Shown in pieces: positions 50,399 through 62,015 of a DNA stretch of 64,000 nucleotides. Position numbers and translations under genes: made by a program. Every line of letters starts with the position of its first letter. Position 1 is the stretch's first letter. Source of the stretch: Monocercomonoides exilis PA203. Taxonomy: Eukaryota; Protista; Preaxostyla. The DNA is taken from positions 868,001-932,000 of the forward strand of contig LSRY02000034.1 of the NCBI GenBank assembly GCA_001643675.2, read 5' to 3'. The notes under the pieces are model-generated. The model had not been told where the DNA came from, made no database searches, and saw only the letters and a list, made by a program, of their open reading frames with translations.

Positions 50399-51810
50399 AT
50401 GGCAACAATGCGTGTATTTTTGTGATTTCTTTCTTTTTTCATGTTTGCTGTTTTATTTGTGGTTAATGCTTTTTCGTTGAACTTTGGGAATTGTTCTCAT
50501 CACCAAAAAAATGTGTTTCCTTTTTGAAGACCTGAACGCTAACCTTCACCATCTTCCACAGATCAACTTTTAGCTTTAACTGGAGCAGATGAAGCAATTG
50601 AGGAAACTTCGCATGAATTGTGCAAAACATTTGAGGAAATGCATTTGTAGGATGAATTGCTTCGTGGTGTTTATTCATATGGCATTGAGACTCCAACACT
50701 TATTCAGCAAAAAGCAATCCTTCCAATTGTTAGAGGGCGTGATCTTCTTGCTCAAACGGGTTGGAAAACAGGAAAAACTACCGCTTTCTCAATTGCTTGC
50801 TTGCAGAAAGTGGATCCTTCTTGCCACTTCACCCAAGCTTTGATTCTCACTCCTTCAAGTGAACTCACAATGCAAACGCACAACGTTTGTTCAATTCAAA
50901 ATGTCTTTTATGATATTTCCAAGTTTTTTAGATGATCTCAAAAATGGCTAAATTCTTGAAGGGAATCAACATTTTGAAAGTTGCAACAATACCTGATATT
51001 CGCGAAGCAGCAGGAAAAGTGACTGAGACACCACAACACATTGTTATCGGAACACCACAGAGATTGGTTCATATGATTCGTTCTGAAATTATTGATGTTT
51101 CTCATCTGAGAATCTTTGTGCTCGACGATGTTGATAATATGCTCTCTCAAGGGCTTAAGGATAAGATTGCTGAAATATTCTCAAATTTACCAAAGAATGC
51201 ACAAACAGTTATGATGAGTTCTCCTTTGCCTTCGGAGGTCATTGAGATAGCTCACCAGATTCAAAATGAACCTGTTCGGATTTTGGTTCCTCGCAATGAG
51301 AACATTCTTGATGATATGCGTCAATTCTATGTTGCTGTTGAAAATGAGGAATTCAAAGAGGAAGCATTGTTTGGCCTTTTCGATTCGATTCTATTTGCGC
51401 AATATGTCATCTTCTGCAATTCCAGGCACAAAGTGGACAAAATCATCGAGGATCTTCGGAGCATAGGATTCAGAGTAAGTTCGGTTCATAAAGGAATGAA
51501 TTTTGAAGAAAGAAACAGAGCTTTTCAAGATTTCAGAGATAGAAAAAACAGAGTGCTGTTGACTACAGATGAGTTTGTTCGTTGTATTCACGATGTATAT
51601 GCTTCGCTAATAGTGAACTTCGACTTGCCGATGGAGAAGGAGTCATATATTCACAGATTTGAAGTATTATCTCGTTTTGGAAAAAGAGGAATGGTCATCA
51701 GTCTTGTCACAGAAGAAGATGGTCAGATGCTGAAAGATATTCAGGAAGTCTATGGAACAAAAATTGAGGAAATGCCAGCAAATATCATAGAACTGCTGCA
51801 GCTGAAATAA
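50399..51810 (+). pseudogene. Divergent eIF4A-like DEAD-box helicase with degenerate motifs and an in-frame TAG (50648-50650)
   Basis: LLRGVYSYGIETPTLIQQKAILP, GKTTAF, QALILTPSSEL, IVIGTP, LDDVDNMLS, VIFCNS, EEMPANI. Introns at ~50412-50561 and 50885-50931. Confidence 0.85.
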
Positions 51811-53631
51811 AAGAGAAAATAATCAGAGAAAGAATGGAGAAATTTTTTGAGAAAATTGAAAGGAAAATAATGAGAAAAGAAAATGTTAAAGAATAGACCC
51901 AAATGAGATTGAATAATAGATTAATTTCAAAATGAAAATAAATTGAGTTGAGAATAATTATGTGATGAAAATAGGAAGAATTATTGATGAAATTATTTTT
52001 TTTGCTTGGCACTTGTTGAAAATTGGATGAATTCTTCATTCAAATTGATCAAAATGAAAAAACACCTGAAAATAAAAATAAAGTGATTTGAAACCATCAG
52101 AGCCCTTTCGACGTCTCCTTCATCATCATCTTTTTCTTCAATTCCTTCTTCTTTTTCTTTCTTCAACGCAACATTTAAAAAACAAGTGATATTAACTGGA
52201 AATAGGTTATTGAAGAAAAACTTTCGTTGATCCACAGATAGCATTCACAAATACCAATCAGCTACTTTTCATTTTCAACTCTGTTTTTTTCAACTTCTTC
52301 ATCAGCTGTTATCGTTTCAAATCTTCATGTTTATAAAGAAATTAAATGAAAAAAGAAAAGGAAATAATTCAACATATTGCAATATCAAATATTCTTTAAC
52401 AGAATTTTCAAGCCATCAAGAGATAGTTTCACACATTTCCTGATTTTATCCTTTTCATTTCAGAATAACCTATTTTTTTGGTTTTTTTATTTGATGGCAG
52501 GACGATATTTTTTCTTTTTATATTCAAATGTTACAAACGCATTAATTGCTTTCTTTTTCTTTTTTCAAAAGTTTGAGTCAGCTTCAAATAAGTGTATCCT
52601 ATTTAACATTTTCTGTGTTTCATTAATCAAGGTTAATACTCTTCAGAGGTGGAAAATGATTAAATTCCAAATGAAAAGAAATGAAAATCATGAAAGAAGC
52701 AAACAAAGAAATATTCAATGAATAAGAAAAACAAACATTGAACTTTTCGAAAATATTCTTCTTTGTTTCTCTATGTTGTTCTCATTAATCTTAACAGCTT
52801 CAGCAAATATGTTCATACAATATCACACAACATGAACCTCTAGATCATTTTCAGTTTCGCCTCCGTATATGACAGGTATCTTGCCTAAACATCCAGTTTC
52901 ACAAACTTGTCCAATAGGACCTTCATGGTCGAAAACGAATCTAACAAGAAATTTCTATTGTATTTCTTCATTCCACGCTTCCAAGCACCTCCAAAAGGAA
53001 GACTCGGAATTTGCAGATGCGTCATATGCAAATCGATCACCATTGACCTTAATGAGATGTGCAAGGCAACACATTCCTTTTTCCACCTTATGCTTTTTTA
53101 CAGATAGCACAATAATTTCTTATCTCTTCATTGTGCAATGTCCACAAACAAGGAAAAAAGCATCCTTGACAAAAATGGAGAAAATGAATTCTTTCCTACA
53201 TAATAAAAAAATAGCGAAGTTTGAAAAGCAACAAATTTGGCAAAAAAAAGTGAATTTCAAACTTTTTCATAATGCTCTTCTTCATTTTACAGATTGGCAA
53301 CGGTCATTCAGACAAAAGGATGAGATAATACAAAATTCAATTTCTATTTACCAACAATATCTCAATGTTGCGTTATCATCTTCAATCATCATTTTTCCAT
53401 TATCACAACTGCCCATAATTCTTTTTATTCAATATTTATTCTTTGTTTTTTTTCGGATAAAAATGAAATTCAACACAAAAAAACAGAATAAAAGTTGAAA
53501 TCGTGAAGACAAATCCCACCGGAATAATAATATGGAAAAGAAGTTCAAAAGATGATTTGTTTTCAACACGCAAAAGTGAAAATCCTCGATACTGATGAGT
53601 CTGTAAAGGCACCCTTAATGGCAAACAGTGG

Positions 53632-55718
53632 ATGATGAAAAGAGGTTCTGGCACAAGTGCAAACAGATGCCACGTTGGAGCGATGTGTTTGGATGTTCCG
53701 CTTCTGTCATCATTTGTGCCAGAGCAATTTGCGGAGTTTTCGCTCCAGCAGAAGATTTTACAGAAGGAGCAGAGCATCAAGGCGAACAGAAGGCAACTCT
53801 TTGTCAGCAAGCTGGTGGACATCCGAAAGCAGCATTCGGGCCAGCAGGGCAGGCATGGGGAAATGCAGAAGATGCTTAACGAGGCGTCTCTGGCTGTGGA
53901 GCACTCACGCAAGGTGAATGTCCGAGCATCAAAGTTTTCAGTGCTGCACATATTTTTCATGAAGCACACTACGGTCCAGCTGGCGTTGTTTACGGTGCTT
54001 CATGCGTTTGTTTCTTCAGCAATTTCATTTCTGCAGGGCTGGGTGGTCAGCTATGGACTGAAGAGACTGAAAAGTTGTGTGTCTTCTCTGTGAAGCGCTG
54101 GGTGGCAGAAAGTTATTGTGCATATTACATACAACTTGAGCTTAGCGCTGATAGCAACTCTGTTCACAGGGATTCTTTCGCCTGAGGCAGGCTCTGAGTC
54201 GGGCATTCCAGAAATCAAGGCTATTTTGGAGGGTGCTGCGTTTCCGCAGTTTTTTACCGTGCGAACGCTGATGGCGAAGCTTATTGGGTGCTCGCTAGGG
54301 GTGGGGTCAGGGCTTTTTATTGGGCGTGTTGGGCCGATGACGTCGGTTTCGTTTATTGGATGCAATCTTCTGATGGAAGCCTCTCCGCTGTTCCGGAACT
54401 ACCTGGAGGCGGAGTCTGTGAAGCGCACCATGCTGTCGCTAGCAGTTGCAGTGGGAATGGCAGCCACGATGTATTCTCCGGTCGGAGGGGTTCTGTTTGC
54501 CATCGAGCTCACATCGGATGTGTGGCTCACGCAGAACTACGGAAGGACTTTCTTTGCTGCTGGGTTTTCGGGTCTCATCTTTCGGTGTGATTCTCTTTTA
54601 TTTTCATTCATTCAGCCAACTCCTTCATTTCTTTTTTTTTATGAAAAAATATTTTAAAAATAAAAGGTTTTGCCTGATTCTAACACTTTTATGCTGATAT
54701 TCTCCTCTAATGTTCTGTGACAATATTGTTTGCTGATATCGATACTTCTTGCAACAGGCTGTTCTCCTTCGTCGACTACTCTCCGCTGGGCAAGGCGCCG
54801 GCGCTTGTAGAGCCAGCGTCCTTGTTTGACTACCCGCTGTTTGTGGCCGAAGGGGCGGTGGTGGGGCTGCTTGCTGTGCTGATGATACGCTTGGCCGAAG
54901 GAGCAGCAGCTGTCTTCAGGTGGTTCGAGCACGGGGCATTTGGTGCAGGCGACAGGAAGAAGACGACGTCGCTGGACTTTCCGGAAGAAGAAGCGGTGGT
55001 GTTTGAAGGGGTAGAAGGGGAAGCAGGGTTTTGTGTGGAGGAAGAGGAAGAGAAGAAAGAGGAAGAAGAGGAAAAAGAGGAAGAAGGAAAAGAATGGAGA
55101 GGGTGTGAGATGATTGAAATGGAGGAGAAAAGGGACGATTGGAGAAACAGCGAGAAAGAGTCAGACAGAAGAGAAGAATGCGAAAAGGGAAGGAGACAAT
55201 TAAGTGATGTCAACTGTAGGCACAAAGTGAATGATTTCACTGGCAGCGCAATCACTTCATGATTATTATTATCTTCAACTTCAAATTCTTCTTCAAATTC
55301 TTCCTCTTCCTCTTCTTCTTTCTTCTCCTCCTTCCACTTCTTCTTCTTCTTCTATTTCTTCTTGTCTTCAAAAGCACCAACGAGGTTGTGTGATTGATGA
55401 CAGCAAGCTTGGGAGTGTTTTGATGCGAGGCGATGTGATTGTGGTGGATGCTGCTCCGTATGCGATGGATGTGTACACGCCTCTGTTCAAAGCACACGCG
55501 ATGTTCCGTCTGCTTTCGCTGTCGTTCTGCTCGTGACTGAAAGGGGGAAGTATGCGGGGATGCTGTTCAGACAGCAGTTTGTGCGGCTGGTGGAGGAGAG
55601 AGGGAAGAGAGAGCAAATGAAAGAGGGGAAGGAGAAGAATCAGGGAAAAGGGTGGAAAAGAGAAGAGCAGATAGAGAAGAGCGATTCAATTGGGATGAGG
55701 GAAGGAAAGAGAGAATGA
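53632..55718 (+). pseudogene. CLC chloride channel family gene, broken (stop at 54091, missing later TM helices, frameshifted CBS remnant)
   Basis: AGSESGIPEIKAIL, GLFIGRVGP and SPVGGVLFAIE motifs. CBS-like VDAAPYAMDVYTPLFKAHAMFRLLSL. Confidence 0.85.
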
Positions 55719-56015
55719 ATAGAGATATTAAAGGATGTTGGGGAGATTAAGTTGTAATTTAGAAAAGCAAAATTTTATGTTCAATGAAAAATCTCATTTT
55801 ATGTTTCATATTTGTGACAATGGAGATGATCACGCATACAAACACGAAAGGGCAAAAATTTACACTATTTGAATTATAAAGTTGTTGGGTTGAGGGGAAT
55901 CAATGAAGATGAACAGAAATTGTTTGCTTCCCTCTTCATTCTTTTGAAAAGCAAATCAATTATCCGATCAATTTATTCCAATGAAGCAGCATCCTTGTTT
56001 CATTTGATCATCTAA

Positions 56016-56552
56016 GTGGAAAAGTCAACTTCTTCTTTCACTTCTTCTTCTTCTTCAGCCATCACTTCAAACAACACACGCACATCACAACTGTCTCAGC
56101 TTCCTTTCCTGACCCGTCTGAAAGAAGGCCCCGCAGAGCAACTGAGTCTGTTCCGGGCAGCGTCAGAGGAGCTTCTGGAGGAGATGATGAAAGAGCTGAC
56201 AGGAACATACCCCTTCCTTCAGCAGGCACACGAATGCCTCTCCTTCAAGAAGCCCTGCCAGTTTGCTGCGCTGTCTTCTTCGCATGCGCTGCCGCTGAAG
56301 CCGATGAAAGTGAGCGAGTTTGCCTTTGCAAAGCTGCCGGCGCTGCCAGAGTCTCCGCAGGTGTTTGCGAGCAGAGCAGAAAGAGAAGGAGAAGTCGAAA
56401 GGGCGAAAGTGCAGGAGAGAGGAGGAGCAACCAGGACACTTCTGTCGCAGCCAAATGGATACAACTTCAGGACTGCTTGCGAAGATGTCATTGAGAATAT
56501 GATCCAGAGCTTCATTTCAGGGTGGATCGACGAGGAGTTGAATGCTATGTGA
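56016..56552 (+). CDS. Hypothetical protein; terminal exon or fragment
   Basis: GC-richer, coding-like 178-aa ORF with no recognisable motif. Confidence 0.35.
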   Translation: MEKSTSSFTSSSSSAITSNNTRTSQLSQLPFLTRLKEGPAEQLSLFRAASEELLEEMMKELTGTYPFLQQAHECLSFKKPCQFAALSSSHALPLKPMKVSEFAFAKLPALPESPQVFASRAEREGEVERAKVQERGGATRTLLSQPNGYNFRTACEDVIENMIQSFISGWIDEELNAM

Positions 56553-57095
56553 GATTAGTTGCAGTGAATTCAACAATTTTTTGTTGGTTTTTAGTTATTT
56601 AATTTTTTATTTTATTTTATTCAAATTTATTTTAACTTTCATTTCAAATTAACAATATTGAAAAATAGAAAATGAAATTTGTTCTTTAAAAAAATAATAA
56701 TTTCTTTTGATGTGAAGTTATGAAATCAAATAGCAATTGAAAGAAGAGTTTTCATTTACATATATAAATTTGTAAAAAACGGAATGTATATCATTAAACA
56801 GAACAAGAAACATAATTGTTAAAAACAATCAACTTGTAAGGACATGAGTGACTCAAAAAATCATAAAATGAAGACAAATAAAAGTCAAAACATATCAAAT
56901 AAACTTTCAAAAAGAAAAAAAATAAAAAGAACTCTCAATTAACGCTTTGATGATGAAAATAAAATAAACTTAAATTTAATTTTTCATTGAAAACAAAAAT
57001 GCTTCATGAAAACGTGCTGTTCATTCGATATAACATTTCTTCAATGAAATAATATATTTCGCAAAACAATCATGAAATCCTTTGGAAGTTTATTA

Positions 57096-60000
57096 TCATC
57101 GCATTCGAAGATTTGGGCCTCTTTGCAACACTTCATAATTGAAATTGAAGAACGTTCTTTCAAAGTCGTCTTTTGGCTTTGTTGGAATTGTTCCTTTCAT
57201 CATCCAAAAACGCTCGAGATTTCTGCCTTGAGGAAATGTTTCCACAAGATCTCGTATTCCTGTCTCTTCCAACAAATCTTCGAGTCTGCAATAGAGCAGC
57301 GTTCCTGTGTCATCTTGCTTCTGCACTTCCTCTTCATCTTCTGTGAAATCCAACAGTTCGAATTCTGTTCCTTCGTATAGTTCCCCTCCTGAAGTTATTG
57401 AACGTGGAATGCACTTTTCAACCTCCAAATTGGAGATTCCATCCCAGTTTCTCTCGAAACTGTTCCTGAACATGTACTTTTCTTGTGTTGTTTTATTTTT
57501 CATCTGTCTTATTTCTTCGTTGGTAGGTCCCACCAACTCAAGTCGAATCTTGCGCGATGGAAGAGAGAAGATGATGGCAGCTTCGCGAATCTGAACAATT
57601 CCACATATGAGCAGCTGCGGAGAGCAAGGCGACAAGTCTGCCATCCACTCCAGAAACCTTGTCATATAGCCAGTCTCAAACGCATATGGCAGCTCTTTCA
57701 CAGTGTTCACAAGAACAATAGCCACAGCTTCGCATATCATTATTGGCACAGACTCCAAAGACGACGGATAGAAATGCTTGTTCTCTGAATAGCCAACTGA
57801 ATCAGCGGCGCACACTGGAAAGTGGAATGAGAGTTTGGATACAAGAAACCCGAAAAATGGACGGATGATAATTTCATCTGCACAGCTCTTGTTTGAATTA
57901 ATTGCAAACAAAATACAACTTATGTTGTGATTGAGGCGATACGCTGTCATTGAATAATGAAGTTGCTGAGAACGCTGACTGATTGCATCATTGTTAAGTT
58001 GTGTGAACACATCATAGCCATACCCAAAGTTGAAATTATAAATGAATCGAGTATGTGTCACGAACCTTACTGAAAGAGCATCAAAATAACGTTCAAATGC
58101 CATTTCGTAATCACTTGCTGTCTGGCAATTCTCAAGGGATGGTTCAAAAGCAGTAATCCCAAGATCGTTTGGAAATGAAAGAAATTTTTTATTAAAACTC
58201 AACTTATCGTCTTCTGAATTGCACGGCAATTCTGATGACGATTGTGCAAGCAATGAATCATTCAACTTGGCTTCTGCCATCTCATTCTCGATCAAGTGGA
58301 GGTCAGACACAATCTGCTCTTCAACAGAAGACAAACAACGAATAAGCATGAAATTCGGAAGCAATTGAAAAAGTTGTTCAATGCAGCTGCAAGCTAAACT
58401 GTTGAACCGATTCAACGGAAAACTTTAAGAGAAAAAAAGAGTTGTGAAAAAAATGTGTTATTATCCAAAAAATGAAAATTCAAATAAATCACAAAAGCAA
58501 AAATTTATTTCTCTTCTTTCCGAAGTCATCAGCCACACTTCTTAAGACGATTCAGTCGATCAAATAGCGTTGTTAATATATTTTCTGGAATCTCTTGACA
58601 ACCTCCGCTGTCGCGTTGAACACCTGTGAAGATAAGAAGATAAAGGCAAAACGAATGTTTTCAACAAATAAACACAAAAATCACACACAGAAGCAGAGCT
58701 GGAAGAACACAAATAAAAAATAAAAAGCATAAAATAAAAATAAAAAAATTTCACTTGTCTTTTCCCCAAAACATACAAAACAATTTTAAGAAACTAGCCA
58801 GTGACAAAAGAGTTTCCTGAACTTGCTTCATGTTTTCGGTTGTGTCACATGCTGTCAAAGGGATGCTCCTCTTGTAAGCATCACAACTTTCAATATTTGC
58901 AATTGCATCAGCGTAGGAACAGTCTTGATCTTCGTCTCCTGCTTTCGCTTTTTCATCTTCTATTTTTTCATTGATTTTATTTGATAAAATTTCAGACTTT
59001 CTTTTTCTTTTCTTCTTTGCTGCTTCCTTTTCCAGTTCTTCTTTCTTCTTTTTTTCTTCCCTCTCTGCAATTGCTTTTTCTTTTAATTCTTTTGTTTTCT
59101 GAGACAGATACTCCTCTTCAGCTCCATCTGGCAGCTCCAACCCTTCTGACAGCAACATAAGCATTCTCTTTGGAACAAGTGTCGAATATCCACCATAGTT
59201 AATAGAGAAAATAATTCGAGCTGCTTCAAGCCGAATATTCAGAGGGAGGCGAACGTGTTTCTCATTGCTGCTGTCTCCATAACACTGTTCTTTGGCTGTT
59301 GACGAAGAAGAAGAAGAAAGAAAAGATTTACCCGATTTATCATCTTCAATAATTATCAAATCTTCTTCTCCTTTTGGCGTCTCGATTTTTTGATTCTTCT
59401 GTTTTCGTTTTGAGTCTGTGATTTTTTTGCTGTTTTTCTTTGTTTGAGTTGCTGTCTTCTTCTTTGATTGTGTTTCCCTTGTCTTCTTTCTTCGAGCCAT
59501 TTTACCTTCGTAGTCATTTGAAAAGTATTTTGAAATAAATTCTTCCTCGTTGCATGCCTTGTGAAAATTGAAGAAGTCTGGACGTTCTTTTGCATTCTTC
59601 TCATGAAGCAGGTTTCTTTTTCGCAATCCCAACGCAATTTCAAGAACAGCATATAGAAAGTCGAGACTTCTCAGTTCCCTCGAAACATAGTTGCTAAGCT
59701 TCATTGTCAAATGCTTCAGCTTTGTCATGCAGTGCAATATTGCACAAAGAGTGAAATGCAGGCAATCAATCGAATCACATTGAACTAAAAGGCTTTTGAC
59801 ACCATCAAAATATCCCTGCTCAATCATCAATTTGAACTCTCCCTTTTCTGCCAATCTGGCAAAGTGAAATAGTATTTTCCCAAAAACACTCAAAGTTTCA
59901 TCATTTTCAGATGCTTGGATCTGTTTGACAATTGCAGGTATAGCCTTTCCATCATTTATAATGTCGTGGAGAAGAGGCGATGTTGAATAATATGAAACTC

Positions 60001-60340
60001 CAACAGTCCTTCTTGTATTTAGCCAGCTATGGAATTCATATCGTTCTCTGGCATTAGTCGAGACTTTTTTTTGCTTTAAAGCGCAAAAGCTGTTAGAATA
60101 TGATTCTGGATTTAAAATAATCTCTAAAATCGATGCAAAAACTCTCGTCTCTTCTTCGTTATTTGTGAAATTGAAAACTTTGCTGCATGCTTTTGCCAAA
60201 GAGTGCAAAATGTTTGCAGGGACCACATCCATTTTCCCTTTGTATTTCATGATAATGTCTTTAATTTCATTTGAACTTTCGGGTAAATTCTGATGTTTAG
60301 TCAATGTTGTTCCTCTGCCAAAAAATAAAAGTAATTTCAA
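57096..60340 (-). CDS. Hypothetical large multi-exon helical (ARM-like) protein
   Basis: Long ORFs 58751-60340 and 57096-58415 on the same strand, separated by T-rich intron-like sequence with a probable small exon at ~58516-58625. Confidence 0.55.
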
Positions 60341-61119
60341 TTAAAAAAGCGCGCAAACGTCAATTTGTTTGTCAATTCCTCCAATCTGTCAATAGCTGTT
60401 GAAAAAAGAAAAAATGGAAATCAATGTGAGAAGTACAATCATTGCCAACATTTGCTTTTCTCTTCATTCATTTTTTTGTTCTGTTGCATTCAAATTCAAA
60501 CAGTGTGTAAATAAGCAATTTTTGAAAGAAATGTTAAAATAAAGGCAAATTGCGAATAACCCACATGAAAATTAGTATTAATGAAACAACAATCAACAAA
60601 TGAATTTCTATAAACCCCTGCAGCCAATTTTACAGCTTTCTCTTTGCTTAAACTTGATTCTAAAAAAGCCATTAATACAAATATTTTGCTTATGGGATAT
60701 GGAATTTTTTGTATTTTGAAAAAACAATTAAAAAAATGAAACATATTGAATGAATATAAAAACAACAATATTATGAAGTGTTGAGAATAAATTTTTGATT
60801 TTTTTTTATAAAACATGATTGAAGCTAATTCTTTTTCAACAAAGAGAAACGATAAAGAGTTTGTGTCAAACATTATAAGCTAAATATTTATCAAAACAAA
60901 AAATTTTGCAATCGAATAAATGCTTGAAACAAAAAGAATATATATTTGTCAAAAATCTTGTGTGAAGAAACTTTCATAATAGGCGGACACTTTCCTTATT
61001 CAAATTGGGCTTCCAATGGGATACCAATCAGTTTGCGGTACAGATAGAGGTATCGAAGGAAACCGAGCTGATGAAAGAGTGCAAGAAATGGAGGAGGATT
61101 GCCCATCACAACAGAATTG

Positions 61120-62015
61120 GGCAATTGAATATTATAGGGGAACACGAATTTTTCATATTTTTTGTTATAAACGAATTCTATATAGTATAAGAATCATATA
61201 TTAATTAATTAAAATTTGAGATCATCTAATTTTTATGATAAATAATAATCAAAAATTCATAATATTTATGGGATAGATCAATAAATTATCATGTTATTTT
61301 TGTGTGCTAACCCTAAAAAGAAGAACGGGAACAAACCCTAGAACCAAAACCAATCTATTAATGTGGAGATTATTTTAGAATTTTAACCCAAATAATTAAA
61401 AATAATACTGTGTCAGATCAAAATGTTTTGTTTGAAAAAAAGAAATTTTTATGATTGATGATCTCAAATTTTAATTAATTTCTAAATGATTCTTAAACAA
61501 TACAATCAAAACCGGATATAATCACATCGGTTTTTGCACAACTTTTTGTGACTATATCCGATTGTGATTACACACGATGATGCTTGACACAGAAAAAAAC
61601 AAACATTCGTTAATTAATTAATTTATTAAGGGTCAATTTTTTTATTTTTGAAAATTCAACACAACCGTACGTTTTTCACTCGTGAAAACAGTTTTTATCA
61701 TGAATACGCATTATTTTGACTTATTTGACCACATTTTTGAAAAAGTGAAAAATTGAAATTTTTGATCAAAAAATCGATTTTTCATTGAAAAAAGCACCCA
61801 TAATAATAAAAAATGTGATTATAAATATTTCGCCCTGTGAATATATGCGATGAAAAATGAATGAAAAATAGGCCAAAAATGTCGGTGCATCGAAAAATGT
61901 GACAATATACTAACTTGATTATATTCGACGTGATTATATCCGGTTTTGACTGTATTATTTCCGTTTATTATAAAGATTTTGAAAAATTCGTGTTCACCTA
62001 TCATCTCCTTTTGCC
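61120..62015. mobile_element. Merlin-type non-autonomous element (GGCA...TGCC ends, 8-bp TSD) inserted in the DIRS RT
   Basis: CAGAATTG is duplicated at 61112-61119 and 62016-62023. Imperfect ~90-bp TIRs. Excision restores the frame RRIAHHNRIVSIKKFASMIGKL. Confidence 0.9.
61183..61500. mobile_element. TA-targeting MITE (318 bp, ~44-bp TIRs) nested in the left TIR of the Merlin-type element
   Basis: TAAGAATCAT..AATTAATTAAAATTTGAGATCATC is inverted at the two ends, with TA at 61181-61182 and 61501-61502. Removing it makes the left TIR colinear with the right TIR. Confidence 0.85.

Noticed and set aside
52869-53498. 209-aa ORF upstream of the CLC gene
   Set aside because: Composition is intron-like or a mix of small exons; no recognisable domain.
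61305-61345. Telomere-like CTAACCCTAA / AAACCCTAG
   Set aside because: Only isolated units inside a MITE, with no array.
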